This document shows, piece after piece, positions 16,684-25,760 of a stretch of DNA of 64,000 nucleotides. The DNA comes from a virus: positions 1 to 64,000 of IMG/VR virus record IMGVR_UViG_3300026097_001455; one strand, written 5' to 3'. How positions within the stretch are numbered: the first letter of the stretch is position 1; the number at the start of each line of letters is the position of its first letter. A model generated the notes under the pieces. That model had not been told where the DNA came from. It saw nothing but the letters and a program-made list of their open reading frames with translations, and made no database searches. The translations under genes and the position numbers were made by a program.

Positions 16684-17580
16684 TCAATCCTTATGAACAT
16701 GAAGCTGAGGGTGAACTTCTAGTATATTGCTCCAGTTATTGTCATCTAACTTTTCAAAATTACAAAAGGCCAGGAACTTTCCTGGCTTTTCTATTAATAG
16801 TTTCTCCCATCCGAACGGAGTGATCTCGCTTATGTCTCTATCAAGCACTAAGTGAGAAAGATCAGGAGTCTCAAACATACAGCAAAGCCTAATAGAGTAG
16901 TATATATCCCCTCTATTGAACTTGCTGTAATCACAATACTTAAGCATCTCTGGCCTTCTTTCTAATAGGTTAATCCAGTCAATATTTGTCATCTTTGATG
17001 TACTTAGTATGTCAAGGTCACGTTCACCAGACTCAATTAATATCTCTGCTATCTGATACCCTTTTAGAGCCTTATAGTTTACTTGTTCTATTATATCTCT
17101 TCTATAGTTATACCCCTGAATTATATTCATCGACTCCTTGAAGTTAAATCTGTAGTTTGATAGGTCGATCTTATTAAGAAAATATGTTTCGCCAATTGAT
17201 AGAAGTGACGCAGCTTCAATAGTCTTTAGCTTATTGAGGTCTATAGGGAAATATTCTATATAATGAGGCCTCCTACCAAGTAGGTGAATTATATTCTTAA
17301 TCTTATATTGGTGTCCGTCCAGGTGAGGCTTGATCTCATCAGCTATATCTGTACCAACATCAATACACCTAATAAAAACCCTTATGAGTTTCATCTTGTC
17401 CATAGAATCCCAGTCAACAATTCTTCTAACATCTTCATTATTAACTATTACACGATCTGGTATAAGATTGAAGTCTACACTTTTAGACAATTTCTTAAGC
17501 ATAGAAGGTGTGAGCTCATGCCAATGATTCACAAGGGTGTTAGCCAATATTGCATCAATTACTATGGGAATATTTTTCAT
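16684..17580 (-). CDS. helical repeat protein
   Basis: Repeated W..LL...P..L..C...K units in the C-terminal half. Confidence 0.7.
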   Translation of the reverse strand: MKNIPIVIDAILANTLVNHWHELTPSMLKKLSKSVDFNLIPDRVIVNNEDVRRIVDWDSMDKMKLIRVFIRCIDVGTDIADEIKPHLDGHQYKIKNIIHLLGRRPHYIEYFPIDLNKLKTIEAASLLSIGETYFLNKIDLSNYRFNFKESMNIIQGYNYRRDIIEQVNYKALKGYQIAEILIESGERDLDILSTSKMTNIDWINLLERRPEMLKYCDYSKFNRGDIYYSIRLCCMFETPDLSHLVLDRDISEITPFGWEKLLIEKPGKFLAFCNFEKLDDNNWSNILEVHPQLHVHKD

Positions 17581-17616
17581 AGTTGATTTTAAGAGTTTAT
17601 TTGCTTATTTTTCCCC

Positions 17617-18177
17617 ATGGATACATTTATAGGTAATTGTGATAAATATATTGGACCTACCTTATTAAAAATATATAATAAGGAAGGTAAACTAAAGCTG
17701 TATGTTAATAAAACTGAGCATGTAAAGATTATCTACATATATAGATATGAACAAGAAGTTACTCACATACATGCCTATACTATTCAACTGCCAGAACTTT
17801 CAAGAGATAGATTTATTAAAGACAAGAGTGGTAAGTATGTTAAAGGTAGACTTAGGCTTGGAGGTGATAAATTAAACGATAAGTACGCAACCTTTTTTGA
17901 TTACACTAAGTTGATTGACAGTGTTCCACAGGAAACGGTTAGACTTTCAGAATCTAGAATGGAGCAGTGGGAGGTTGTAGGAGATATGGAAGAAATTAAA
18001 AATGAACACATATTTCTCAGTGGCAATAAATACGAAACTAGAAAGAAAGTGATTGAGGGCGATGAGCTCACTATATATAAGACTATTTTTGAGAACGGAG
18101 AAATGAAGAACTTCCTTTTCTCAGTTCCAGAAAATAAAATTGAAGAATATTTAGATAAACTAAAACAAGAGGAATAA
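17617..18177 (+). CDS. hypothetical protein
   Basis: ORF, 1-nt overlap with next gene. Confidence 0.65.
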   Translation: MDTFIGNCDKYIGPTLLKIYNKEGKLKLYVNKTEHVKIIYIYRYEQEVTHIHAYTIQLPELSRDRFIKDKSGKYVKGRLRLGGDKLNDKYATFFDYTKLIDSVPQETVRLSESRMEQWEVVGDMEEIKNEHIFLSGNKYETRKKVIEGDELTIYKTIFENGEMKNFLFSVPENKIEEYLDKLKQEE

Positions 18178-18494
18178 TGGAAAACGACAACAAAGTAGAC
18201 ATTGAGATGGCCGACATGATCGGTAAGACATATTTCAAAATAGCAACTTGGTATAACGAAGACTTTGGTACCGAAGGAGAAAGAGCAGAAGGCCTTAAGC
18301 ATGTTTGTGCAGAAGTAATACAACAAGTGCTTGAAGATACATTTATGCAAATACAAGGACTTGGCGGCACTGGAGTTAAGACAATAAAGAATGATCAGCC
18401 AGAAGATAATAGTACTCCAGGTAAAGGTGGAAGGATGTTCTCTGTAAATGAGGACGCTATTACAAGAGCTATGAGAGAACAAAAAGAAGAATAA
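18177..18494 (+). CDS. hypothetical protein
   Basis: ORF in coupled run. Confidence 0.65.
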   Translation: MENDNKVDIEMADMIGKTYFKIATWYNEDFGTEGERAEGLKHVCAEVIQQVLEDTFMQIQGLGGTGVKTIKNDQPEDNSTPGKGGRMFSVNEDAITRAMREQKEE

Positions 18495-18496
18495 CA

Positions 18497-19345
18497 ATGA
18501 AGATACTCAGAAATATATTAAAGTTCATTACAGACCCTAAGAATACACGCATGCTGCTTTTAGCTGGTGTTGTTGTATTGATTTTACTTTTGTTGCAGCA
18601 ATGTAATGCTAAAAACGCAGCAAGAGATGAGGCTGAGAAACAAAAGCAGGAGACTCAAAGAATAACAAACAACTATAGAGCTGCAGAAGATAGTATCGAA
18701 CAGTATCAAATTGACAAAGATACGTGGGAGGCTGAAAAGAAAGGGTACCTACTTGACTATGATGAGTTAAAATCTGATTACAGCAATCTACTTGCTGACT
18801 TCAAAGAGGAGAAAAATAAGCCGCCAAAAGTAGTTATTAGAACTGAGTACATCATTAAAGACTCAATAAGAGATGTTCCAGTTCTGGTTGAAATTGATAG
18901 TCTGGGCAATAAAACAATGAAATTTGGAGACTCTATAAACCACGACAAATCTAACTTCATGGTATTTGACGGGAAGATACCTTATGAAATAACTTTTGAT
19001 GAAATTGATTCAGTGTATAGATTAGTTCCTGGAAGTGCTTCTTTAGATTTTGAATTAGGTATGAATCTTGATCTCGGACTATTCCAAGATGAAGATACAA
19101 AAGAAGTTTTCATTAAGGCGCAAACAAACTATCCAGGATTAAAGTTTACAACACTAGATGGAGCCTTGGTAAGAACAAGCGATGAAAATAAAAAAGCGCT
19201 AAGAGCTCTCAGAAAACCATGGGCGTTGGGATTAAACTTAGGGTATGGAGCTGTAGTTGATGTTGGTACAGGCACGGTAAGTACTGGGCCTTATTTTGGA
19301 GTTGGGATTAGTTATAGTCCTAAGTTCTTGCAGTGGGGGAGGTAA
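18497..19345 (+). CDS. membrane-anchored coiled-coil protein, possible spanin-like
   Basis: N-terminal TM ending LLQQC, coiled coil, C-terminal amphipathic beta hairpin WALGLNLGYG...PYFGVGISY. Confidence 0.6.
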   Translation: MKILRNILKFITDPKNTRMLLLAGVVVLILLLLQQCNAKNAARDEAEKQKQETQRITNNYRAAEDSIEQYQIDKDTWEAEKKGYLLDYDELKSDYSNLLADFKEEKNKPPKVVIRTEYIIKDSIRDVPVLVEIDSLGNKTMKFGDSINHDKSNFMVFDGKIPYEITFDEIDSVYRLVPGSASLDFELGMNLDLGLFQDEDTKEVFIKAQTNYPGLKFTTLDGALVRTSDENKKALRALRKPWALGLNLGYGAVVDVGTGTVSTGPYFGVGISYSPKFLQWGR

Positions 19346-19361
19346 ATTAGTCTTTTTTAAA

Positions 19362-19370
19362 CTATTTATA
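19362..19370 (+). promoter_or_regulatory. candidate late promoter CTATTTATA
   Basis: 12 nt before ATG 19383. Confidence 0.6.
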
Positions 19371-19382
19371 GAAAATAGTAAA

Positions 19383-20021
19383 ATGGCAAAAAAAGAAGAT
19401 AAAATACCAGGCGGACTAACTGATAATTGGACTGTTGAGCAAGTTGCAAAAAAACATGACGTATCTGTAGAGGATATAAAGAAACAACTTAAAAAAGGCG
19501 AAAAGGTAGAGCTTGAGCACACGAATAGCAAAGATAAGGCTAAAGAGATTGCTCTTGATCATCTTTATGAAGACCCTAAATACTACACAAATCTAAAAGA
19601 CATGGAAGATAAGGCTAAAAAAGACATGAACGAAGGAAAGGAAAGCATCACTGAATTTGCTAAAAGAATGAGAGAGCTTACTGGTCTATCGGAGAATGAA
19701 GACAAGAAAAGGCTTAAGACAATTCAAGAAGGAGAAAATACTTTTGATGGAGAATCTAAGTTCATGGCAAAAGATTTCATGAAATCAAATGATAATGTTG
19801 AGGAAGAAGATAAGAAAGTTCCTGGCGATCTTGATATAAATGGAAACCCTATTCCTGCCCCTATTAATGAGTCTGAGGACAAAACAGATGAGGAATTTGA
19901 AACTCACAAGTTTGAACAAAAGACAATAGAAGAGGGCGAGAATGATGATGAGCTTTATCAACTAGATGAAAACACTATTATAGTTCTTGATTTCCTCGAT
20001 GGTGAGGAAGAAGAGAAGTAG
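19383..20021 (+). CDS. DUF5661-like domain protein with acidic tail
   Basis: GEKVELEHTN..AKEIALDHLYEDPKYYTNL; start refined to MAKKEDK. Confidence 0.75.
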   Translation: MAKKEDKIPGGLTDNWTVEQVAKKHDVSVEDIKKQLKKGEKVELEHTNSKDKAKEIALDHLYEDPKYYTNLKDMEDKAKKDMNEGKESITEFAKRMRELTGLSENEDKKRLKTIQEGENTFDGESKFMAKDFMKSNDNVEEEDKKVPGDLDINGNPIPAPINESEDKTDEEFETHKFEQKTIEEGENDDELYQLDENTIIVLDFLDGEEEEK

Positions 20022-20070
20022 GATACCTTGGGACAAAAACGGCCCAGCCTAAAAGGACCGTTTGAGTTAC

Positions 20071-20103
20071 AAAAAAAGAGGACTTATCGCTAAGTCCTCT
20101 TTT
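20071..20103. terminator. bidirectional intrinsic terminator
   Basis: AAAAGAGGACTTA-tcgc-TAAGTCCTCTTTT between convergent genes. Confidence 0.85.
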
Positions 20104-20125
20104 CTATTTTTAGAAAATTAATTTA

Positions 20126-20371
20126 CTAATAACTTGACGGCTGATCTCCAGGCTGTGGCTCATGATCTTCTATTATTTCCTGACTATTTGATGGCGCCTG
20201 AGGCTTTTGCGTTTCACCTGCTTGTTCTGCTGCACCTTCTTGAGAAAGTTTGTTAAGGTAGTTAATTGCGAGATAAATGTAATGTGATTCCTCTAAAGAG
20301 TATGCTGATTTACCATGCGCAACATTAACTGCTGAGATTAGTGTGTTTATCGCTTCTGCTACTGAATTCAT
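20126..20371 (-). CDS. small hypothetical protein
   Basis: AINTLISAVNVAHGKSAYSLEES helical motif. Confidence 0.65.
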   Translation of the reverse strand: MNSVAEAINTLISAVNVAHGKSAYSLEESHYIYLAINYLNKLSQEGAAEQAGETQKPQAPSNSQEIIEDHEPQPGDQPSSY

Positions 20372-20434
20372 AATGTAAAATTTAATATTTATTAAATATA
20401 TGAAGCTTCATCTTAAAACTAAATAGATATGATA

Positions 20435-21169
20435 TTAAAAATCTAAATTAAGAAAGCTTAAAACTTCTTTATTTTTTAAGTCTTTGTACCCACACACAAA
20501 CAAGGCAAATTCTATGATCATATCAAGATACTTATCCACAGGCTTCTTATTCCCTTTTCCATACTGCTGAACAACCTGCCTTCTGTCAACATCAATTTCT
20601 ATAGTTACGTGAGGCATATTTTTACTATCCCTCAGAGATAGTATTAAAGATTTTCTGTTATTTATCTTGTTTTTGTAATGACTACCTGCTACACAATGAC
20701 CCATAACAGCACCTTCATGCTTAAGGTCTTTGGGTGTTAGTAGGTAAAGAAAGTGATTGTTATCACTAAACTTGAACACAATTCTATCTTCTTCAACATC
20801 TGGCATGTCCATTTTTTGAATCTGGAGCTTTCTTCTCATTTCATCGTGCCAGTCAGTTTGCGCTTGATATGCGCTTTGAAAGTCGTATCTAAATATATCT
20901 GCTCTTGTTTCTGACGCCCAATCTACAATAAGCCTAAAGTCAGTGATTCTATTTATAAGCTCGTTATCCTTCTTGACTTCTTTAGAAATCCAAACATCAT
21001 ACTTATGCTTTCTTTTATCTGCCTTGTTCTGATCTTGATTAATACTACCTCCAACAAACCCTATAGAATCTCCTATTGAGGATATTTTCTTTACAATGTT
21101 ATTAGCACTATCTTCTGGTAGATCAGAAAAGAATGAATCTTTTATGTATTGCTCTCTTTTAGTTAGCAT
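20435..21169 (-). CDS. PcfJ-like domain protein
   Basis: LKHEGAVMGHCVAG..Y, ILSLRD..PHVTIEI, QQYGKGN. Confidence 0.8.
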   Translation of the reverse strand: MLTKREQYIKDSFFSDLPEDSANNIVKKISSIGDSIGFVGGSINQDQNKADKRKHKYDVWISKEVKKDNELINRITDFRLIVDWASETRADIFRYDFQSAYQAQTDWHDEMRRKLQIQKMDMPDVEEDRIVFKFSDNNHFLYLLTPKDLKHEGAVMGHCVAGSHYKNKINNRKSLILSLRDSKNMPHVTIEIDVDRRQVVQQYGKGNKKPVDKYLDMIIEFALFVCGYKDLKNKEVLSFLNLDF

Positions 21170-21426
21170 TATCCTACACTTATTCTAAGGTTGATACTCT
21201 TGTCATCGACATCACTCACTTCGAAACTTCCACCGTATTCTTTGGGGTCATCCATCTTAAGCCCATTGATCTTATGAGTTTTCTTGAAGGTGAATGTGTT
21301 GTCATCAGTTAGCTCAAAGTCTACTACGGTATAACATTTCATAAGTACTCGAAGCTTATGCTGTAGGATGGTTAGTTTCCTTCTTCTAAATGTTCTTCGT
21401 TTAATCACGAAATCCTTGTATACCAT
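21169..21426 (-). CDS. hypothetical protein
   Basis: Coupled ORF. Confidence 0.6.
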   Translation of the reverse strand: MVYKDFVIKRRTFRRRKLTILQHKLRVLMKCYTVVDFELTDDNTFTFKKTHKINGLKMDDPKEYGGSFEVSDVDDKSINLRISVG

Positions 21427-21429
21427 GGA

Positions 21430-22044
21430 TTACTTCTTTTTCTTCTTCTTTTTCTTCTTAAGACCCAGGGCGTTGATCTTCTTTTGGACTGAGCTCTCAT
21501 TTCTATTGAGATTGTTAGCGCAATACTTCCTTCCCTTAGTCGGATAATGCTTCTTAAGGAACTCTTCATCTTCATCAGACCAAGCTCCCTTGATATATCC
21601 GCCCTCTACATATTGTTTAACCTCGCTCTCAACGACTTCAAATGAAGTTGGGTCTTCTGGGTCCAGATCAATTTTAAAAGGCCCTGACGGCTTTTCTGAG
21701 GCTTCTGAAGATTTATCAACATTCTCTACTTCATGAGTTCTGGTTGTGTGAAACTTATCCATAGTCTCATCGTTATTGGAATCAATAGTTGTGTCAATAG
21801 TATTATTGTCTGACTCCTGCTTAACAACTTCTTCACTTAATAGTGATGAGGAGTCTGATTCAAACAATTGAGCTTCCTTTGTGGTTATAAAATTTCTTTT
21901 CTTAAAAATTCTTATAGTCTTTGTCTCAAAGTCATCTGCAACTATTGAATTGCCGCCTAGAATGGTTACTTTTTCGTCTACCCCATCCTTTCTGACAAAT
22001 AGGCTAATTGGGTTGTCAGTAATGTTTTTGATCTGGATTTTCAT
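21430..22044 (-). CDS. hypothetical protein with C-terminal Myb/SANT-like HTH
   Basis: WSDEDEEFLKKHY...CANNLNRNESSVQKKINALGL plus poly-Lys tail. Confidence 0.7.
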   Translation of the reverse strand: MKIQIKNITDNPISLFVRKDGVDEKVTILGGNSIVADDFETKTIRIFKKRNFITTKEAQLFESDSSSLLSEEVVKQESDNNTIDTTIDSNNDETMDKFHTTRTHEVENVDKSSEASEKPSGPFKIDLDPEDPTSFEVVESEVKQYVEGGYIKGAWSDEDEEFLKKHYPTKGRKYCANNLNRNESSVQKKINALGLKKKKKKKKK

Positions 22045-22106
22045 CAGTATATTTTTCTATTTTTAGAAACATAAGAAACTACGGGTAAAAAATAAAATAT
22101 TTGTCT

Positions 22107-22140
22107 AAAAAAAAGGCCTGCCAAATTAGCGACAGACCTT
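22107..22140 (-). terminator. intrinsic terminator
   Basis: On - strand AAGGTCTGTC-loop-GGCAGGCCTT followed by a T-run. Confidence 0.7.
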
Positions 22141-22160
22141 AATATATCTAATATTTGTTA

Positions 22161-24092
22161 TTATCCCTTGTAGTTACGGTTTCTTACCATTCTACCTTTT
22201 TCGGCATCAAAGTAATAAGCTGTATCTGGAGTCTTTTCTTCCTTAGGTTTAACAGAAACACTCTCGTTAATAATTTCTTGCTTAGACTTTCTCTTAACTT
22301 CATTGATTGTTTCAATCTCATAGTTAGGATTCTTAACAAGATTTCCAGTGTTAAGATCAAGGATATAAGCCTTACTCTCATTAAGGTAGTCATCTTCGAA
22401 TACCTTAAACTCTGCTCCAGAAAGAGAATCTGGCTTAGGAACTACTATCACTTCCTTACCATCTACGCTGTCTCCAGCATCAATCTCTTGGTTTCTCTTC
22501 ATGAATTCTTTTTCATTCTCTATTTCTCCTTGCTCTCTTGAAACTTCTTTGTGAGAAACTTCTGGCTCATCGCATCCGCACGATTCAGCAAGTCTAATAG
22601 TTGAGTTCTTCTCAAAGTCAGAAAGCGATTTCCATCTATTGCTTTCTTCTTCTTTAGATTTCTTGTGAGTAATTATATATCTCTTGTTAACTCCTTTTTC
22701 TTCGTTTTCTGTAAGACCAACAAATTTTCTTTTTGATGGGTCAAAGCTTTCAGAAAGACCTTTTGACTTCTTACCTTTCATTCCAGCTCTACCTCTTGGT
22801 GGGTTAGCTGCAAGATCGTTTTCTTCTTCAGAATTAACCTCAACTCCGTGAAGACCAAGTGCGTGGTTCTTATTCATTCCTTTAGGAACGTACCCACTTC
22901 CTGGCTCAAGCTCTACTTCTGTCCATCCATCTGAACTAGATTCTCTCTTGAGCGTTCTTTTCTTACCTTTCTTAGAATATGGAGTCTCTTCAAATCTCTC
23001 CTTGAGCTTTTTCTTGTTGATTTTGCTCTCTGGAGAATCTCCCATTTCTTCATCGAAGTCTCCACCCTTAGCGAATGCTCCTGGAGTTTGGTATGCTCCT
23101 GCTCCTGCTCCACCAGCACTTGCAGTAACTTCATCAATGTATTTCTCTTCCTTATCAGATTTCCATCCCATATCAATAGTTTCCCACTCAGAAGGCTTAA
23201 GTTCTTTAGGAGAAGATGCGCCAAATTTGTTCATCATCTTTTCGAAGTAATCTCTGTAATCTTTCCCCATCTTTTGCTCACACTCTTCTAGGTCATCAAA
23301 TAGTAGATTACCTGGAGTGTTAGCATCTTTTACTTCTGGGTGATTCTGATCAACATCTTTGTCATCATGAGAGGATTCCATAATCCTATCAAGTGTTTCA
23401 TCGTAATCAGATGTAATAATATCTGTTAGGCTTAATTTTTTCATATTGCTTTCAACCATTGAGTTTATACTTTTTTCGACTCTATCTTCAATTCCTAGCT
23501 TCGTCTTAATGAAGTAGTTCGCCTCTCTTTCGGCATACTCATCAAACTTTTTCTTAAGTTCTTTTTTGAATTTGCTCATGTTATCAAGCTTGAAGAATAG
23601 TTTATCATCTATCATGAATGGCCCTTTCTTGTCGTGGTGACCTCTAAAGAATGATACTTCAGTAGTCTTGTAAGTCATGTCCATTGTTTCTGATTCAGCG
23701 TCAATATCAACGTGAATCTCAACAACCATCTTCTTACCACCAAAGCTCAAGTTCTTTTCAAAGAATCCATTAGTTGACTTAGAGCCTTTAACTCTGTTAA
23801 CAGTCACATTAACTTCACCTTTCTTGGAACCCATACCGTAAGTAGAACCATCACCGTAAACACCTCTATTCCAACCTTGCTCACCTTCACCTCTGTTCCA
23901 GTTAGTCTCGTCATCTTTCCTAATAGCTGTGTCTAAACGTGATTTAAAGCCTTCAGAATCGAAAGCTTTTTCAGAAGACTTTTCCAACTGCTCTTCAATT
24001 GCATCATAAACCTTAGCCTTAAGCTCTTGGTCTGTTGCAAAATGTGAACGTTGCTTGTCGTTTTTTTCTGAGTTATTTTCTATATTGGCCAT
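22161..24092 (-). CDS. large charged hypothetical protein, candidate head-internal/scaffold-associated
   Basis: Many [ILVM]xE sites, EVTASAGGAGAGAYQTPGAF motif; CTATTTATA at 24111-24119; start refined to MANIENN. Confidence 0.75.
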   Translation of the reverse strand: MANIENNSEKNDKQRSHFATDQELKAKVYDAIEEQLEKSSEKAFDSEGFKSRLDTAIRKDDETNWNRGEGEQGWNRGVYGDGSTYGMGSKKGEVNVTVNRVKGSKSTNGFFEKNLSFGGKKMVVEIHVDIDAESETMDMTYKTTEVSFFRGHHDKKGPFMIDDKLFFKLDNMSKFKKELKKKFDEYAEREANYFIKTKLGIEDRVEKSINSMVESNMKKLSLTDIITSDYDETLDRIMESSHDDKDVDQNHPEVKDANTPGNLLFDDLEECEQKMGKDYRDYFEKMMNKFGASSPKELKPSEWETIDMGWKSDKEEKYIDEVTASAGGAGAGAYQTPGAFAKGGDFDEEMGDSPESKINKKKLKERFEETPYSKKGKKRTLKRESSSDGWTEVELEPGSGYVPKGMNKNHALGLHGVEVNSEEENDLAANPPRGRAGMKGKKSKGLSESFDPSKRKFVGLTENEEKGVNKRYIITHKKSKEEESNRWKSLSDFEKNSTIRLAESCGCDEPEVSHKEVSREQGEIENEKEFMKRNQEIDAGDSVDGKEVIVVPKPDSLSGAEFKVFEDDYLNESKAYILDLNTGNLVKNPNYEIETINEVKRKSKQEIINESVSVKPKEEKTPDTAYYFDAEKGRMVRNRNYKG

Positions 24093-24122
24093 TTGAAAAT
24101 CTTTATTTCCTATAAATAGGCC

Positions 24123-24155
24123 AAAAAACAAAAAACCCATCACTTTGGATGGGTT
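24123..24155 (-). terminator. intrinsic terminator
   Basis: AACCCATC-caaagt-GATGGGTT plus T-run on - strand. Confidence 0.75.
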
Positions 24156-24161
24156 CAAGTA

Positions 24162-24437
24162 TTATGATTGTTTACTGAATATTCCTGGCTTTCTGAAAAT
24201 CTTATTGCCTATCCAGACTAGATTTTTTTCTTTTGTAGTTTCGGCCTCTTCTATCTCCTCAAGGCCAAATTGCTCTGCGTGGTTATCAATCCAATGCTCG
24301 ATCAGCTCAACCATTGGCTTGCTCCTAAAATCATCGTTATACTTTTTGGTGTCTGAGTATTCATTTACCAACTCACTTGCCATGTGAAATTCAGATCGAA
24401 ATCCGAAAAATTCAAAGTCTTTAAAATAGTCTTGCAT
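24162..24437 (-). CDS. hypothetical protein
   Basis: ORF; start refined to MQDYF. Confidence 0.6.
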   Translation of the reverse strand: MQDYFKDFEFFGFRSEFHMASELVNEYSDTKKYNDDFRSKPMVELIEHWIDNHAEQFGLEEIEEAETTKEKNLVWIGNKIFRKPGIFSKQS

Positions 24438-24442
24438 AATTT

Positions 24443-24739
24443 TTATTTTACGTATCCCCTTTTTAACCAACACTTCCAAGTATCTTTGTCCACAAACTCT
24501 CTGACACCTGGGTTATCAAGATATAGTTTATTTTTATACATATATCCCACAAAACGCCTGCTCTTAACCTTTTTTTTCTTAGATATTATCTTTCCAGTAA
24601 TGTCTACATCTTCAAGGTTTAAGTCTTCTTCTACTTCATAAATATGGTCTTTATATATTTTCTCAGCATGTAGCCAGAAACGATAGTTCCATATTAAATT
24701 TAGTAGATAGAATCTTAGTCTTGAGCACTTCCATATCAT
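24443..24739 (-). CDS. hypothetical protein
   Basis: Coupled ORF. Confidence 0.6.
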   Translation of the reverse strand: MIWKCSRLRFYLLNLIWNYRFWLHAEKIYKDHIYEVEEDLNLEDVDITGKIISKKKKVKSRRFVGYMYKNKLYLDNPGVREFVDKDTWKCWLKRGYVK

Positions 24740-24966
24740 CCTATTGTAATTTTGGATATTATGAAATATGCGATAATAAATATAAGGGAAGCTATTGACA
24801 TCAGCATAAAGAAAAATACGAAGTTAAATCTCATTCTTCTCCATATAGATAGCTCATCATAACCTTCTTGCCTCCTTGTTCCCTGGAAGTCCTTAAACAC
24901 GAACCAACCAGCGAAGCCAGCAGCTACAGCCAATAGTCCAATAATTATTTTCAGTAATATCGCCAT
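24736..24966 (-). CDS. small membrane protein (2 TM)
   Basis: Two long hydrophobic segments. Confidence 0.7.
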   Translation of the reverse strand: MAILLKIIIGLLAVAAGFAGWFVFKDFQGTRRQEGYDELSIWRRMRFNFVFFFMLMSIASLIFIIAYFIISKITIG

Positions 24967-25239
24967 TTATTTATCTTCTTTATCAGTAGGTGAGTCTGCG
25001 CTTTCTGAATCACCTTCGTCTTTAAGTTCGTTAGAAGTTAGTTGAACTATGAACGCCTGAGTTTCTTGCATAGATGCGTGAATATCTGCTAAATCAGAAA
25101 CCTTACCCTTAATCTTGTCAATTAAGCCAATCTGTTTATCCCTATCGTTAAGGATAGCATTGATGTCGTTCATTAGATCGTTTTGATCACTCTTGAGCGA
25201 CATCATTACTTCACCTAATATTTCAAGTTTACTCTTCAT
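24967..25239 (-). CDS. hypothetical coiled-coil protein
   Basis: ORF in coupled run. Confidence 0.65.
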   Translation of the reverse strand: MKSKLEILGEVMMSLKSDQNDLMNDINAILNDRDKQIGLIDKIKGKVSDLADIHASMQETQAFIVQLTSNELKDEGDSESADSPTDKEDK

Positions 25240-25702
25240 TGCTAACTGGCTCTCTTGATAATTCTACATCAAGGTCTTCATAAAAAACGTCCATGATTTT
25301 AGTGAGCGAAACATCTGTAGTTTCATAAGTAAACATAGCATCTGACAATTTATCCGCCAATTTGTTATTAGCAGATTGAACTGAAAATTCTTCTACCATG
25401 TAAGTCTGCTTAGTCTTAGAAACCTTTCCGTTATCATCTTCTTCAGAGATTTCGATCTTGCACTTATACCATTGTCCTCCATCTTGATTTCTGACTACAT
25501 CAGTTACGTCAGTTACAGACATAGCATGTACAAGGAACTCTCCTTGTGCTGATTTTCCGATTTCTTTTGTGATTCTTGCTTCAGCATCTGTGAATGATAC
25601 TGCTGGAAGGAGGAACGCCTCATTTACCTTTTTAAGGTCTTCATTTCCGTTCTTTTCAACCTTCTTAGTGTACTTTACCTTTACGGTATACCATCTGTTC
25701 AT
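25229..25702 (-). CDS. DUF4494-family protein
   Basis: WYTVKVKY...KKVNEAFLLPAVSFTDAEARI...WYKCKI...TKIMDVF; Bacteroidota-associated family. Confidence 0.85.
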   Translation of the reverse strand: MNRWYTVKVKYTKKVEKNGNEDLKKVNEAFLLPAVSFTDAEARITKEIGKSAQGEFLVHAMSVTDVTDVVRNQDGGQWYKCKIEISEEDDNGKVSKTKQTYMVEEFSVQSANNKLADKLSDAMFTYETTDVSLTKIMDVFYEDLDVELSREPVSNEE

Positions 25703-25726
25703 AATGTTGTCTCTTTTGATTTACTA

Positions 25727-25734
25727 CAAATGTA
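25727..25734 (-). promoter_or_regulatory. Bacteroidota-type -7 element TACATTTG
   Basis: TAnnTTTG upstream of the DUF4494 operon. Confidence 0.6.
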
Positions 25735-25760
25735 GAATTTTTTGAGACAAAAAACAATAG

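Noticed and set aside
16418-16687. 89-aa minus-strand ORF from the track
   Set aside because: Antisense shadow of the 16273 gene and the Cys-rich ORF; no plausible leader or composition.
21430-21460. Poly-Lys tract as a repeat element or frameshift site
   Set aside because: Mixed AAG/AAA codons ending at the normal stop; a simple basic tail.
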